The notes under the pieces: model-generated
What the model saw: only the letters and a program-made list of their open reading frames with translations
The model's database searches: none
What the model was told of the DNA's origin: nothing
Shown: in pieces, positions 1 through 9,348 of the stretch
How the letters are laid out: every line of letters begins with the position of its first letter
Position numbering within the stretch: the stretch's first letter is position 1
DNA from: an uncultured virus (IMG/VR IMGVR_UViG_3300032002_000001)
Lineage: Duplodnaviria > Heunggongvirae > Uroviricota > Caudoviricetes
Length of the DNA: 64,000 nt
Direction: 5' to 3' (one strand)
Virus record (IMG/VR): IMGVR_UViG_3300032002_000001
Translations under genes and position numbers: made by a program

Positions 1-519
1 TGACCAGTTGCCGTTCCGGTCCTCAGCCCACCCTGAGAAGAAGTACCGGTCTTCAGGCAGGTTGGTCTCCTGGTTGGGATTCCGGGTCCACTGCTTGTAC
101 TGGACCACCGAGGAGTCCGGGTGCGACTTCCCGTCCTTGAACCCGTTGTAGTGCCAGTCCGACCAGGGCTCATCTGGCCAGTCAGCATCTGCAGCTGAGG
201 TGTAGGTACCGCCGTACTGAGTGGTCGGAGCAGCGTTGTTGTAGGTGGTGAGGATCCTGATCCGCTTCAGGTTGTTGTCATGGCTGGCTCCCGCCGCCCG
301 CACTCCGAGCTTGATGTACCGACCACCAGCAGTTGTCTCAATGAGCTGCAGAGAGATCACCGGTGGGTCAGGTGGGGTGGAATCGTACTCGTGGGACTGA
401 GTCCAGACCCCAGAACGCTTTACGTAGGTCTTGGAGGCTTGAACCCAGACACCCTGTTGCTTGATCCAGACCTGATCAGCAGGTGTCCATACGCCAGCGA
501 CCTTCAGATAGTTGGTCAC
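1..519 (-). CDS. Tail-fibre-associated virion protein (runs off window start)
   Basis: Hand-translated, not in the ORF track: GTG at 519, MTNYLKVAGVWTPADQVWIKQQGVWVQASKTYVKRSGVW..., three K-x-x-G-V-W repeats, open to position 1. Confidence 0.65.
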   Translation of the reverse strand, partial: MTNYLKVAGVWTPADQVWIKQQGVWVQASKTYVKRSGVWTQSHEYDSTPPDPPVISLQLIETTAGGRYIKLGVRAAGASHDNNLKRIRILTTYNNAAPTTQYGGTYTSAADADWPDEPWSDWHYNGFKDGKSHPDSSVVQYKQWTRNPNQETNLPEDRYFFSGWAEDRNGNWS

Positions 520-521
520 AT

Positions 522-842
522 CTAGACCTTGAAGAAGACATCACCGTCGTTGCCGGTGGCGTTGGAGGGCACCGAGGTCCCCGAGGTGAATGAGGGCGGA
601 GCAGGGTAGGCGCTCACCCACGCAGCACCGTCGTAGACGTGGAAGGTGTTGGTGTCCTTCAGAAAGCAGAACATCCCTTCCACCGGCGCGGTCACCCGCG
701 TACTCCGGTCAGTGGTGTTGTTGAACACCATGACCAGCTTCTTCTCCAGCGCAGTCGCCAACGCCAGCATGTCACCCGGGACATCGGGGTCATCGCTACC
801 AGTTGGGACTGGAAGATCTTGAATCGGAGTGGTGGTGGCCAT
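522..842 (-). CDS. Minor tail / fibre-associated protein
   Basis: N-terminal TTPIQDLPVP..D motif, EGMFCFLKDTNTFHVYDGAAW, C-terminal GNDGDVFFK; AGGAGG RBS. Confidence 0.65.
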   Translation of the reverse strand: MATTTPIQDLPVPTGSDDPDVPGDMLALATALEKKLVMVFNNTTDRSTRVTAPVEGMFCFLKDTNTFHVYDGAAWVSAYPAPPSFTSGTSVPSNATGNDGDVFFKV

Positions 843-871
843 CTAGTCCTCCTTCAGCCTCATCATCTCAG

Positions 872-2752
872 CTATGTCGAGACCACCACAGTCAAGGGTT
901 GTAGCTGAGCGCCATCCCATTCCGCAGGGGATAGCCTCTCTAGAGTAGTTCCGTTCCACACCGCAAAGTAGGCACCACCACCTGGGCTGTTGCCAATCTC
1001 GATGATCGAGGCAAGATCTTCACCCGCAACCTGAACCGCGAGAGCAGATAGATCGTCTGTACTGATTGAGTCGGTGGCTTCGAAGAAGGCCTGGAGATCA
1101 CCAGTATCAACTGCCACAGCAGCATCAGAGGCATCCAGGATGACCTCGACCGTAGCGCTTTCGACTGCCGTAGCTGTCTCAGCACCAGCTGATCCAACAG
1201 CGAGCGAGCTTTCCTCGGTCCCGGTTAGGGATTCAGTAACGGTGTTCGACCGGAGCAGCGAGGCTGCGTTGTTGGCAGCACTAGCAGTGTCGTTGGCGCT
1301 GGAGGTCCGCTGCACCGTAGCGGCCTCAGAGGACACCGCCTGGTCATCATCGACCTTGTCGTTACCTTGCGAGACCGTTGATTCGTCTACCGCTGTCGCA
1401 GAGTCAGATCCGGTACGAGTAGCTGAGGTGGCTGCATCCTGAGCAGTAGCGGTGTCTTGGACCGTGTTCTGCCGGGTGAGAACCAGAGCTACGTCTACCC
1501 CGGTGGCTACATCACCAGTAGTCTGGGTTCTTGATAGGTCGCCCTGGTCCACCGCAGCACCGGTGTCGGAGCCCGTACTTACTACCGATAGTGAGCTGGC
1601 ATCGGCACCGGTTGCTGTATCCGCTCGAACGTAGCCAGTAGTTGGACCAGCCCATCGAGCATCAGTGCCAGTAGCAGAGTCTGTTCCCGCTGCAGTCGCA
1701 GCTACCGAACCAGCTTCAGTAGCTGTCGCGCTATCCGAACCAGAGCTGGCTCGGGCGATGGCAGTAGCACCATCCGCTCCAGTAGCGGTGTCGCTACCGC
1801 TCACTGTGGTCAGTTGCGTCAGCGAGGTAGAGGCATCTGTCCCAGTAGCCGTGTCTCCACCGGTGATCTGGGTGACCAGAGCGCTGGCCTCTGCACCCGC
1901 CGCAGTGTCGGTACCGGCACTAGTAGCAGCGAGAGCACTGGCGTCAGCACCAGTGGAGGGCTCGTTAGCTGAACTAGCTCGTGCGCTATCGCTAACTGCA
2001 TCAGCACCAGCACCGGTATCCGAGCCAGATACTGGGGTGCTGGAAGAGACCTCCCGTACCCGGACCAGAGTGGCCGTGCCGCGTGAGGAGAACGACGCGG
2101 TGTACCGGGTGGAGGGAACGTCGGTAGCCGTGCCCCCACTGACCGCACCCCAGCACTGGCTGGCAGCTACGTCGTTACCGACCTGCGTGGTTAGGTCGAC
2201 GCTCTGGCCAGTACCAGCCACGTCAGTGACGCTGGTGATTCCAGTGGCGCTGAACGGAGGGTTCAGCCAGTTGCCCACATCCACGTCGTCCTCGAACGAG
2301 TAGCCGCCGAGGAACCAGTCACCGGACTGGATGCCGGGGTTGGACCCGAGGACACAGGTGGCGGCTGTGGTGGGTGTGGCTACACCCCAGGTGCCGGTCG
2401 CGGCGGCCGTGCTCCACGTAGTGCCTGCCGCCTTGGACAGGGCGATGGCCTTGGCCACCGTTGAGTTGCCGCTGGTGACTGAGATCGCGGGCATCGTGGA
2501 CCAGGTGGCGTCCTTCTCCCGGAAGAACCACACGTGACGAGTGGGACCGGTGCCGTTACCGCTGGAACCGCCTCCACCGGAAACAGTCGATACCAGCGTC
2601 CAGCTCGCCGGGGTGTTGATCGTGGCCGTGTCCGGTTTCGTGACGACCTGGATGAATACGCCGTCGCCGGTCTGCATCCCGGAAGGAAGGCCCGGAGTAA
2701 CCGAGGTCGAGCCTGTCCCGACGAGGCCGGTGGCCCGTACCGCGATGGTCAT
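872..2752 (-). CDS. Ala/Thr/Ser-rich repetitive virion fibre-like protein
   Basis: N-terminal globular domain followed by about 18 D-x-A-x-[GA]-x-[DE] repeats; structural-gene context. Confidence 0.65.
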   Translation of the reverse strand: MTIAVRATGLVGTGSTSVTPGLPSGMQTGDGVFIQVVTKPDTATINTPASWTLVSTVSGGGGSSGNGTGPTRHVWFFREKDATWSTMPAISVTSGNSTVAKAIALSKAAGTTWSTAAATGTWGVATPTTAATCVLGSNPGIQSGDWFLGGYSFEDDVDVGNWLNPPFSATGITSVTDVAGTGQSVDLTTQVGNDVAASQCWGAVSGGTATDVPSTRYTASFSSRGTATLVRVREVSSSTPVSGSDTGAGADAVSDSARASSANEPSTGADASALAATSAGTDTAAGAEASALVTQITGGDTATGTDASTSLTQLTTVSGSDTATGADGATAIARASSGSDSATATEAGSVAATAAGTDSATGTDARWAGPTTGYVRADTATGADASSLSVVSTGSDTGAAVDQGDLSRTQTTGDVATGVDVALVLTRQNTVQDTATAQDAATSATRTGSDSATAVDESTVSQGNDKVDDDQAVSSEAATVQRTSSANDTASAANNAASLLRSNTVTESLTGTEESSLAVGSAGAETATAVESATVEVILDASDAAVAVDTGDLQAFFEATDSISTDDLSALAVQVAGEDLASIIEIGNSPGGGAYFAVWNGTTLERLSPAEWDGAQLQPLTVVVST

Positions 2753-3021
2753 GAGGAGGACTCGTCTCGCATCACCAGTGATGCCTTACCCGCCGTACGA
2801 GTCCCGGTGGCCCAGTTCGGTGTCAGAGCGTTATAGAGAGTGATCGCTGTCGATCCCTGTACCGTCAGGGGCTCGATGATGATGTAGACCCGGTTGGTCT
2901 CCCGCACCGCCTGTTCTGTTCGACCATTCGCGGTGAGGGTGGCGTTGATCGCAGTCAGCGCGGTGGTAGCACTCGCCGTGGTGGAGTAGGTCCAATCCAC
3001 GCGCAGCCGATACCACGCCAT
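2749..3021 (-). CDS. Hypothetical virion-module protein
   Basis: Translationally coupled to neighbours (ATGA overlap). Confidence 0.6.
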   Translation of the reverse strand: MAWYRLRVDWTYSTTASATTALTAINATLTANGRTEQAVRETNRVYIIIEPLTVQGSTAITLYNALTPNWATGTRTAGKASLVMRDESSS

Positions 3022-3025
3022 GACA

Positions 3026-3643
3026 TCACGTGATCGTGACGGTCACCGTGAGCGCCCAGGAACCAGACGCCTTGGTACCCAGCGACTCAACCTTCCGGTT
3101 CAACAGCAGGGCGTTCACCGTAGTGCCATCAGCAACCGTAGGAGCACCGATGTCCAGGCCCCACTCCTGCCAGGCGAAGTTTGCCTCACCGGTAGCGAAG
3201 GTGCTCTTCGCGGTGAGCACACCGTTGGACTGAGAGGGGAAGGTAGCGTCCATCACCTTGAACTGCCGGTTGGCAGCACCAGCGGCAGCCTGCAGGTCAG
3301 TCTGACCGACAGCGAAAGCAGTGTTGGAGTTACCCACACCGAGCCGGGTAGCGGTGTTAGTCGCTGCCTGTCCACCAGCTCCGTTGAGCAGCGAGGTGAG
3401 TCGGTTCAGTCCAGCGGTGGTGAGCCCGTTCCCGTAGCTGTAGACCACGTCGTAGGGCCTCACCTCGCGCCGGAGTGCGAACCCGTTGGGGTTCTTGATC
3501 CCTAGACGCTTCTCAGCCCAGGCCACCTGGTCGTCATCCCACTTCTCCACCATGGCGACCGGGTTCCACTGGATGAAGTCCCGCGCGTCCATGCCTGCGC
3601 TGAGCAGAGAGGTCTCCCTACCCTTAGCACCGTCTGGCTGCAT
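3026..3643 (-). CDS. Minor tail / virion structural protein
   Basis: LTTAGLN...LGVGNSNTA...ANFAWQEWGL...LNRKVESLGTK pattern typical of phage tail-tip proteins. Confidence 0.65.
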   Translation of the reverse strand: MQPDGAKGRETSLLSAGMDARDFIQWNPVAMVEKWDDDQVAWAEKRLGIKNPNGFALRREVRPYDVVYSYGNGLTTAGLNRLTSLLNGAGGQAATNTATRLGVGNSNTAFAVGQTDLQAAAGAANRQFKVMDATFPSQSNGVLTAKSTFATGEANFAWQEWGLDIGAPTVADGTTVNALLLNRKVESLGTKASGSWALTVTVTIT

Positions 3644-3651
3644 CTCTACTC

Positions 3652-3906
3652 CTACGCTTGTCTCACGAAGAAGACCGTGCCCTCTGGTGTTCCAGGTGGG
3701 GGATCTTCACCTGCATCTAGAATCGCATAGCCCGCGCCCTGAGGTCCCTCCACGAGCACCTCAACCGAGGACAGATCACTTTCCCATGTCTCTACTAGGT
3801 TCCCACTGGTGTCTACGTCTACGACCACATCGGGATCTGAGGCGACTAGGTTCTCGGTGAGAACGTTGCCGTCCTCGGTGTCGATCTCAACGATGAAGTC
3901 ATACAC
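3652..3906 (-). CDS. Small tail-associated protein
   Basis: Acidic, with EGPQG and PPGTPEGTVFF motifs; follows an adaptor-like gene. Confidence 0.55.
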   Translation of the reverse strand: MYDFIVEIDTEDGNVLTENLVASDPDVVVDVDTSGNLVETWESDLSSVEVLVEGPQGAGYAILDAGEDPPPGTPEGTVFFVRQA

Positions 3907-4267
3907 GAGTGACCTCCTTGGTCACCGTCACGCTTCCCGCGAGATAGGTCTTCACCGAACCGTCTGGCCAGGTGAGCTGAACGTCCCACTTCCCGCCGAC
4001 GAACCCAGCGCCCTCAGTTTGTGTTGAAGTGAGAGTGAGGTTCACCCGCCCCAGATCGTTCCCGGACTGAGTGGGGATCTCGGTACCGAACTCCGCCATC
4101 ACCGTGGAGTTGTCCTCCGTCTGCCTGACCTGCGCCTTAGCTGTGCATCCGGAGAGATCCACATAGTCACCTGGAGTGCCATCAGGGTTCCGGCCACGCA
4201 GGCGGAAGGAGAAGGAGTAGGAGTCGCCCTTGTAGATCGAGAGGTTCCTGCCTACTGGGAGCGCCAT
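3899..4267 (-). CDS. Baseplate/fibre adaptor (BppU-N-like)
   Basis: NLSIYKGDSY...VDLSGCTAKAQVR...WDVQLT...TYLAGSVTVTKEVTR; paralogous pattern to 8972-9346. Confidence 0.65.
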   Translation of the reverse strand: MALPVGRNLSIYKGDSYSFSFRLRGRNPDGTPGDYVDLSGCTAKAQVRQTEDNSTVMAEFGTEIPTQSGNDLGRVNLTLTSTQTEGAGFVGGKWDVQLTWPDGSVKTYLAGSVTVTKEVTRV

Positions 4268-4280
4268 ATCTACATCATCC

Positions 4281-4559
4281 CTATGCCTGCTGCTCAGTAC
4301 GCAGCGCCTGCACCGCTCCCAGGATCATGTTGTCGTTGATCACGTCGTCCCGCATCCCGGTGTCCGGGTTGACGTTCACGTTGGCGTTGTCCCGCGCGTA
4401 GGCCCAGGCGTCATCCCAGTCCGGGGTAGCGCAGAGCGCCCACATATTGGCCTGAGCCCAGGCGAGGGGTTCATCCTGACCCTCGCTCGCGGCACACGCA
4501 GAGATCCGAGACAGGAGCGACTGGCTGCCTGCCATCTCCACTACCGACAGATAAGACAT
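4281..4559 (-). CDS. Conserved actinophage protein downstream of tail fibre
   Basis: RISACAASEG...W..AW..A...DVINDNMILGAVQAL pattern; GGAG RBS. Confidence 0.6.
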   Translation of the reverse strand: MSYLSVVEMAGSQSLLSRISACAASEGQDEPLAWAQANMWALCATPDWDDAWAYARDNANVNVNPDTGMRDDVINDNMILGAVQALRTEQQA

Positions 4560-4567
4560 GTCATCTC

Positions 4568-7531
4568 CTAGAGCTTGATGATGAAGTTGATCGCTACGTA
4601 CGGGGGAAGCACCGGATCATTATCCAGACCTCCACCGGTACCAGTATCACCGGTGATGCCGTGTGTGTGACCGCTGCCCGTCGTCTCTGAGGGCATGTTG
4701 GCGGCAGCAGTGGTGTTACCTTGCGCTGCTCGTCCGGTCGAGCCACCTGTAGAGGTACCACGCTGAACCTCGTGAGTGTGAGCCGAACCAGTGCTGTTGA
4801 TGGTTAATGTGCCAGCGCCGTGCGTGTGGTTCGGCAGCATGGCAGCAGTTAGTTCATCTGCACCACCTGAAGTACCCAGCGCACGAGAGGTAGCCGAGGG
4901 CTGAGTGGTACCCGCACCCAGCGGGAACTTCCCCTGCAGGTTAGGCAGGTTGAACGTGGTCGACCCATCACCTACACCGAAGGCCGTACCGATGTTGTCG
5001 AAGAGCTGCTTATCAGTCGTACGACTCTTCGTCGCTCCGTTGCACAGTGCCCAGCCAGGAGGAGCCGTACTGCCCGCGTACATGGTGATCGTGCCCGGTG
5101 GGATCAGCCCATCCAGGTTCACCGCACCTACAGCCGGGATAGTGGTGACCGGAGTGATCTGATCCGAGCGCTTAGAGGTGCTGACGATCTTCGCTGCGGC
5201 TGCTTCTGGGAAGTTGTTGGTGTCAGGAGGGATGTTCCCCGAGGTAGCGAGGGTGGCGTAGGACGCGGTAGTCACCCCGACCGCAGGCGTGGTCTGACGG
5301 TACATCGCGGTTCGACCAGGATCAGTCGCGTTTTTCCCGATGTAGATCTGCACCTGGTTCGGGTCATTGGTACCCGGAGACGCAGGAAGTGGAGCAGTAG
5401 TGACGACGATCTTGGACCGCTTCTTCGGGATGATCGACGCTCGGTTGGACTGCGGGGTCTCCCAGTCCGTGGTCTGGTCTCGGAAGTTGGTAGAGGAGAC
5501 CCAACGGGTGTTCGCGGTGTCCCCCATGGTCGCGTAGTAGTCGAGCTGGGTGTAGATCCGCATCAGCCCGGTCTGATCCATGGAGACGAACTTGTTCGCG
5601 TAGGTGCCCGAGGTCGGATACTCGAAGCCCACCTTGTTGGGCATCCCGGACTCCCAGCTCCGAGTAGGTGACTCGTCCCCAGTATTCGAGGCAATCGCTC
5701 GATAGGTACCAGTCCCCCAGGAAGAAGTGACCCAAGCCTGGATTCCTCCACCGAACCCAAAGTCAAAAGAGCCGAAGAGCAGACCACCGAGGTTGTAGTT
5801 GTACTCCAGTGTGGTGTCAGTAGTTCCCGTGGCAGTGAGTCCTCCACCGCTACCCGAGGGCACGGAGTACCAGCGCATCCGTAGCTTGTCGTCGTTTCCA
5901 TCCCGGTGCTGAGCGATCACGATCTCACCAGTGGCGTGGTCTACCCCGATGGCTGGGTTCTTGGTCCCGACCGAGTTGGACCAGGCATAAGTACCGTCAT
6001 TGGTGAAGGTAGAGGTGGCATGCCGGAGGACGAAGTATTGATCCGCCATCCGGTTGTCGTTGGCGTCCAATGCCTGGATGAGCTGGTAGATCTTCCCGCT
6101 GTGGTAGGCCAACCCACAGGTGACATAACTCTGTTGACTCCAGCCATAGCCAGCGTGGTTACCGGAGTAGTCGAACCTCTCCATCTCGGTGAAGTTCGCT
6201 CCATTGGTAGCGGTGTACCAATAGGTACCGTCCGTGACGAACCCCTGCCGCCACTCCCAGCCGCTACCTTCATCAAACTGCAGCGTGTCGTAGGTGGTGT
6301 CCACCTTGGGGGCAGAACCAGGAGGCTGCACACCAGCTGCCATCTGGATGGATGATCCCACCGGCAGCGTGGTGGTACCGCCCAGCTCAGTGCTGTTCTT
6401 GGTGTTCAGGCTCTCGAAGGTGCCCTCGCCCGCGACGATCACCATGCCCGCAGCAGGGTCGACATCGAAGAACGCTGTCCCGCCCTCAGGTGGATACGCC
6501 TTCAGAGTGCCGTCCTGGAGCTTGATCCCTTGGTTCGGAGCATCGACGGTCTGGATGGTGGCACCGGTGATGACCGCGTCATCCATGTTCCCGCCGAGGT
6601 CGGTAGGCAGTGTCTCTGGGGTAGTTCCCCCGAGGTTGCCTGCAGTGACCGTGGTGGTGTCCAACCCGTCGATCCCTGTGGGGAGATCTGACCACACCAC
6701 AGGTCCTACTGCGGTGCAGTAGTTGACCTTATTCCCGTTGTTGGTGTCGTACCAGAGATCACCGATCTCTGCACTGGTCGGAGCAGTATCTGCGTAGTAC
6801 GCGGTGATCTTGCCATCCGCTGTGGTCTGAGCGTCCTGAGCAGCCGACAGCGCAGCAGCAATCGAGTTGTCCTCGATCACCTGCCAGGTGAGAGTGGAGT
6901 CATTCCACCGGTAGGCCTGCCCATCATCGGTGTCGAACCACATGTCCCCGGCGTCATCTGCGTGACCACCGGTGCCGTTCGCCCATGGGGGTGTGGACTG
7001 GTAGTAGGTCCGGATCGCTCCGTCAGCTGTGGCCTGAGCTGCCTCAGCAGCGGTCATCGCGTCAGTAGCTGTGCTCTGAGCAGTAGCAGCAGCAGAGGCA
7101 GCAGCCATGGCGGTTGTGTTCGCCTCAGCCGACTGCGCTAGCGCATCAGCAGCATCGCTAGCCGCACCATCTGCTGTGGCCTGAGCAAAGGCAATCGAAC
7201 CATCACGCAGTGAGGTCCATGAGCCTGTCCCTGTAGCCGCAGCGCGGTAGGGATGGTTGCCATCGTTGGAGTCGAACCACAGATCACCAATGGACTGCGC
7301 TACAGGGGGCTCAGGACCAACGAAGGTGAGCAGCCCAGCGACACCACCGACTACGTCCTCCCAGGCCTCACCGTTGTAGACCTGCAGACCCTGAGTGTCG
7401 GTGCGGTAGATGATCTGTCCAGTGACGGAGACCTCGGGGAGATCTACCCCCGAGAACATCATCACCGTGGTGCCCTCGTAGGGCACTCGCTGCCCTAGCC
7501 GAGGTGACTGGGCATGGTCGAATCCCGTCAT
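4568..7531 (-). CDS. Tail fibre / receptor-binding protein with C-terminal tail-collar domain
   Basis: Three GD[LM]W[FY]D repeats with Ala-rich coils; collar motif IPPGTITMYAGSTAPPGWALCNG...FNLPNLQGKFPLG; HTH/HSH knob repeats; PPYVAINFIIK end. Confidence 0.85.
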   Translation of the reverse strand: MTGFDHAQSPRLGQRVPYEGTTVMMFSGVDLPEVSVTGQIIYRTDTQGLQVYNGEAWEDVVGGVAGLLTFVGPEPPVAQSIGDLWFDSNDGNHPYRAAATGTGSWTSLRDGSIAFAQATADGAASDAADALAQSAEANTTAMAAASAAATAQSTATDAMTAAEAAQATADGAIRTYYQSTPPWANGTGGHADDAGDMWFDTDDGQAYRWNDSTLTWQVIEDNSIAAALSAAQDAQTTADGKITAYYADTAPTSAEIGDLWYDTNNGNKVNYCTAVGPVVWSDLPTGIDGLDTTTVTAGNLGGTTPETLPTDLGGNMDDAVITGATIQTVDAPNQGIKLQDGTLKAYPPEGGTAFFDVDPAAGMVIVAGEGTFESLNTKNSTELGGTTTLPVGSSIQMAAGVQPPGSAPKVDTTYDTLQFDEGSGWEWRQGFVTDGTYWYTATNGANFTEMERFDYSGNHAGYGWSQQSYVTCGLAYHSGKIYQLIQALDANDNRMADQYFVLRHATSTFTNDGTYAWSNSVGTKNPAIGVDHATGEIVIAQHRDGNDDKLRMRWYSVPSGSGGGLTATGTTDTTLEYNYNLGGLLFGSFDFGFGGGIQAWVTSSWGTGTYRAIASNTGDESPTRSWESGMPNKVGFEYPTSGTYANKFVSMDQTGLMRIYTQLDYYATMGDTANTRWVSSTNFRDQTTDWETPQSNRASIIPKKRSKIVVTTAPLPASPGTNDPNQVQIYIGKNATDPGRTAMYRQTTPAVGVTTASYATLATSGNIPPDTNNFPEAAAAKIVSTSKRSDQITPVTTIPAVGAVNLDGLIPPGTITMYAGSTAPPGWALCNGATKSRTTDKQLFDNIGTAFGVGDGSTTFNLPNLQGKFPLGAGTTQPSATSRALGTSGGADELTAAMLPNHTHGAGTLTINSTGSAHTHEVQRGTSTGGSTGRAAQGNTTAAANMPSETTGSGHTHGITGDTGTGGGLDNDPVLPPYVAINFIIKL

Positions 7532-8235
7532 TAGCCAGCGTCGAGCGCCGCGTAGGTCGCGTAGCCAGCACCAGAGGAACCGGGAATACCCTGGATACCC
7601 TGGATGCCCTGAGAACCAGTTTCACCCTGCGGACCCTGCGGACCTTCAGGCCCTTGCGGACCAGAGCCGGTACGAGTGATGGCGAGCGCACCAGCAGTGA
7701 TATTCAGCGTGGCGTCGTCCCCACTACGCGCGTAGAGCCGGATCACCTCGTTCGCCACTGTGCTCCGATGAGGGAAGGACACTGCGACATAGGTCTCTCG
7801 GCCAACCGTGGCAGGCACACTGACCCGGATGATCTCTCCGTTGGTGACCGAGTTCAGGGCCAGCTCGCGGAAGTCATCAGCCGCGTTTGCAGGCAGCCCG
7901 AACTTCACCCAGGCGTTGAGCTGATAGTCCCCGAGATCAGGGAGCTGAAAGGTCGTGGTCGAGGTAGCCGCAGCCATGTCGTCGTAGGCCGTGGTCTGGA
8001 AGGCCACCAGCACATCAGTGTCTGGGGCAACCGAGGTGTTCCCCGAGATGACGAACTTCGACTGGCGCTGCAGGATCTGCCCTACTGGACCAGGCTCCCC
8101 CTGAGGACCAGCAGGACCATCAGGACCTGGAGGACCTACCTGCCCGCGCGGACCTACCGGCCCCACACCCTGGAGGACGCCCGTTCGGACCTGGATACTG
8201 CCGCCGTTGACCAGGCGGATGATGTTCCCTGCCAT
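7531..8235 (-). CDS. Collagen-like tail protein
   Basis: Two G-X-Y runs (GPVGPRGQVGPPGPDGPAGPQGEPGP; GPQGPEGPQGPQGETGSQGIQGIQG) around a C1q-like beta domain. Confidence 0.8.
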   Translation of the reverse strand: MAGNIIRLVNGGSIQVRTGVLQGVGPVGPRGQVGPPGPDGPAGPQGEPGPVGQILQRQSKFVISGNTSVAPDTDVLVAFQTTAYDDMAAATSTTTFQLPDLGDYQLNAWVKFGLPANAADDFRELALNSVTNGEIIRVSVPATVGRETYVAVSFPHRSTVANEVIRLYARSGDDATLNITAGALAITRTGSGPQGPEGPQGPQGETGSQGIQGIQGIPGSSGAGYATYAALDAG

Positions 8236-8975
8236 TACGACTTCTTCCTGTCCTTGACCCGGCGAGCACCCACGTCATAGATGCTCTTACCACCGAGACC
8301 AGCGATCCCAGCTGCGGCTAGTGTGCCAGCTCCCTTGACCCCGGCTACCCGGCCAGAGACCTTGCGGTTGTTCTTGAAGTTCGCCAGGGTGCGTGGTCCG
8401 ACCTTGTACTTACCTGACTCGTGCTCCTTGATCGCCCTGTGCGACCAGTAGGCGTTGGGAGCGTGTGCCTTCACCGCAGGTGCGAGAGATCGACCCATCG
8501 CACCCGCCCCTGCAATCGAGGCACCGCTCACTCCAACCGTGCCTGCATCCAGAGCAGCGTCCCTGGCCTTGCGCTTAGTCTCGGGCTTCAGCGCCTTGCT
8601 CAGCTTCTTCTGCCGCTCCTTCTTCTGGGCGTACTTGTAGCCACCAGCCAGCGCCAGGCTGCCTGCGGTGAGTCCAGCAGCGACCTTGGCCTGGGTGTGG
8701 TGAGCTGCAGCATTCCCTGCCAGCACGCGGGCGCGGACCTCAGGACGGATCTTCTTGGCGTTCGGGCTCTCCCTGATGGAGACGAATCCCATCGGATCCT
8801 TGCCCTTGTCCTCCATCCGACCCACGATCTTCGAGCCAGTACCGAGCCCAGCAGTGGTGGCACCTAGTCCCGCGAGGGTGTTGGCCTGCCTGCCGTAGCT
8901 CTTCTCCTTGTCCTTCTTGGAGACGAGCTCGCTGGTCTCCCAGTGCTCTACTCCGAACCCGCTGGTGTACATCAC
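8235..8975 (-). CDS. Basic Ala/Gly-rich protein with SGFGVEH N-terminal tag
   Basis: Lys/Arg-rich with four Gly/Ala hydrophobic segments; coupled to both neighbours. Confidence 0.6.
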   Translation of the reverse strand: MMYTSGFGVEHWETSELVSKKDKEKSYGRQANTLAGLGATTAGLGTGSKIVGRMEDKGKDPMGFVSIRESPNAKKIRPEVRARVLAGNAAAHHTQAKVAAGLTAGSLALAGGYKYAQKKERQKKLSKALKPETKRKARDAALDAGTVGVSGASIAGAGAMGRSLAPAVKAHAPNAYWSHRAIKEHESGKYKVGPRTLANFKNNRKVSGRVAGVKGAGTLAAAGIAGLGGKSIYDVGARRVKDRKKS

Positions 8976-9346
8976 ATCACCGTGATCCGCTTAGCGATCT
9001 GGACCTTGCCGTACAGCGGGCGGAGACGCTGATCAGTAGCAGTGCCATCACCGATGGTGATGAACATGTCGTAGAGATGCTCACCGGGCGGGAAGAGGGC
9101 GGTCACCGTGTCCTCGATGTGCAGCTGGAGGAGACCAATCTCTGTGGAGAGGTTGATCGTGGGGATCTCCCCGTCCGGTAAGTCTGGGTCAGTTTCCAGG
9201 GTGTAGACCAGAGTGCCATCAGCAGCCTTGATGTCCATCCGGCAGGGATGGACCACAGGCAAGGGCTCGTTGTAGTGATCAGTGAAGACCAGGTCTGTAG
9301 TCCAGTCCTCACCCTGGTCGATCACGATGTCGAGGTTCTCTGCCAT
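8972..9346 (-). CDS. Baseplate/fibre adaptor (BppU-N-like)
   Basis: DIVIDQGEDW...LYDMFIT...LYGKVQIAKRIT. Confidence 0.6.
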   Translation of the reverse strand: MAENLDIVIDQGEDWTTDLVFTDHYNEPLPVVHPCRMDIKAADGTLVYTLETDPDLPDGEIPTINLSTEIGLLQLHIEDTVTALFPPGEHLYDMFITIGDGTATDQRLRPLYGKVQIAKRITVM

Positions 9347-9348
9347 GG

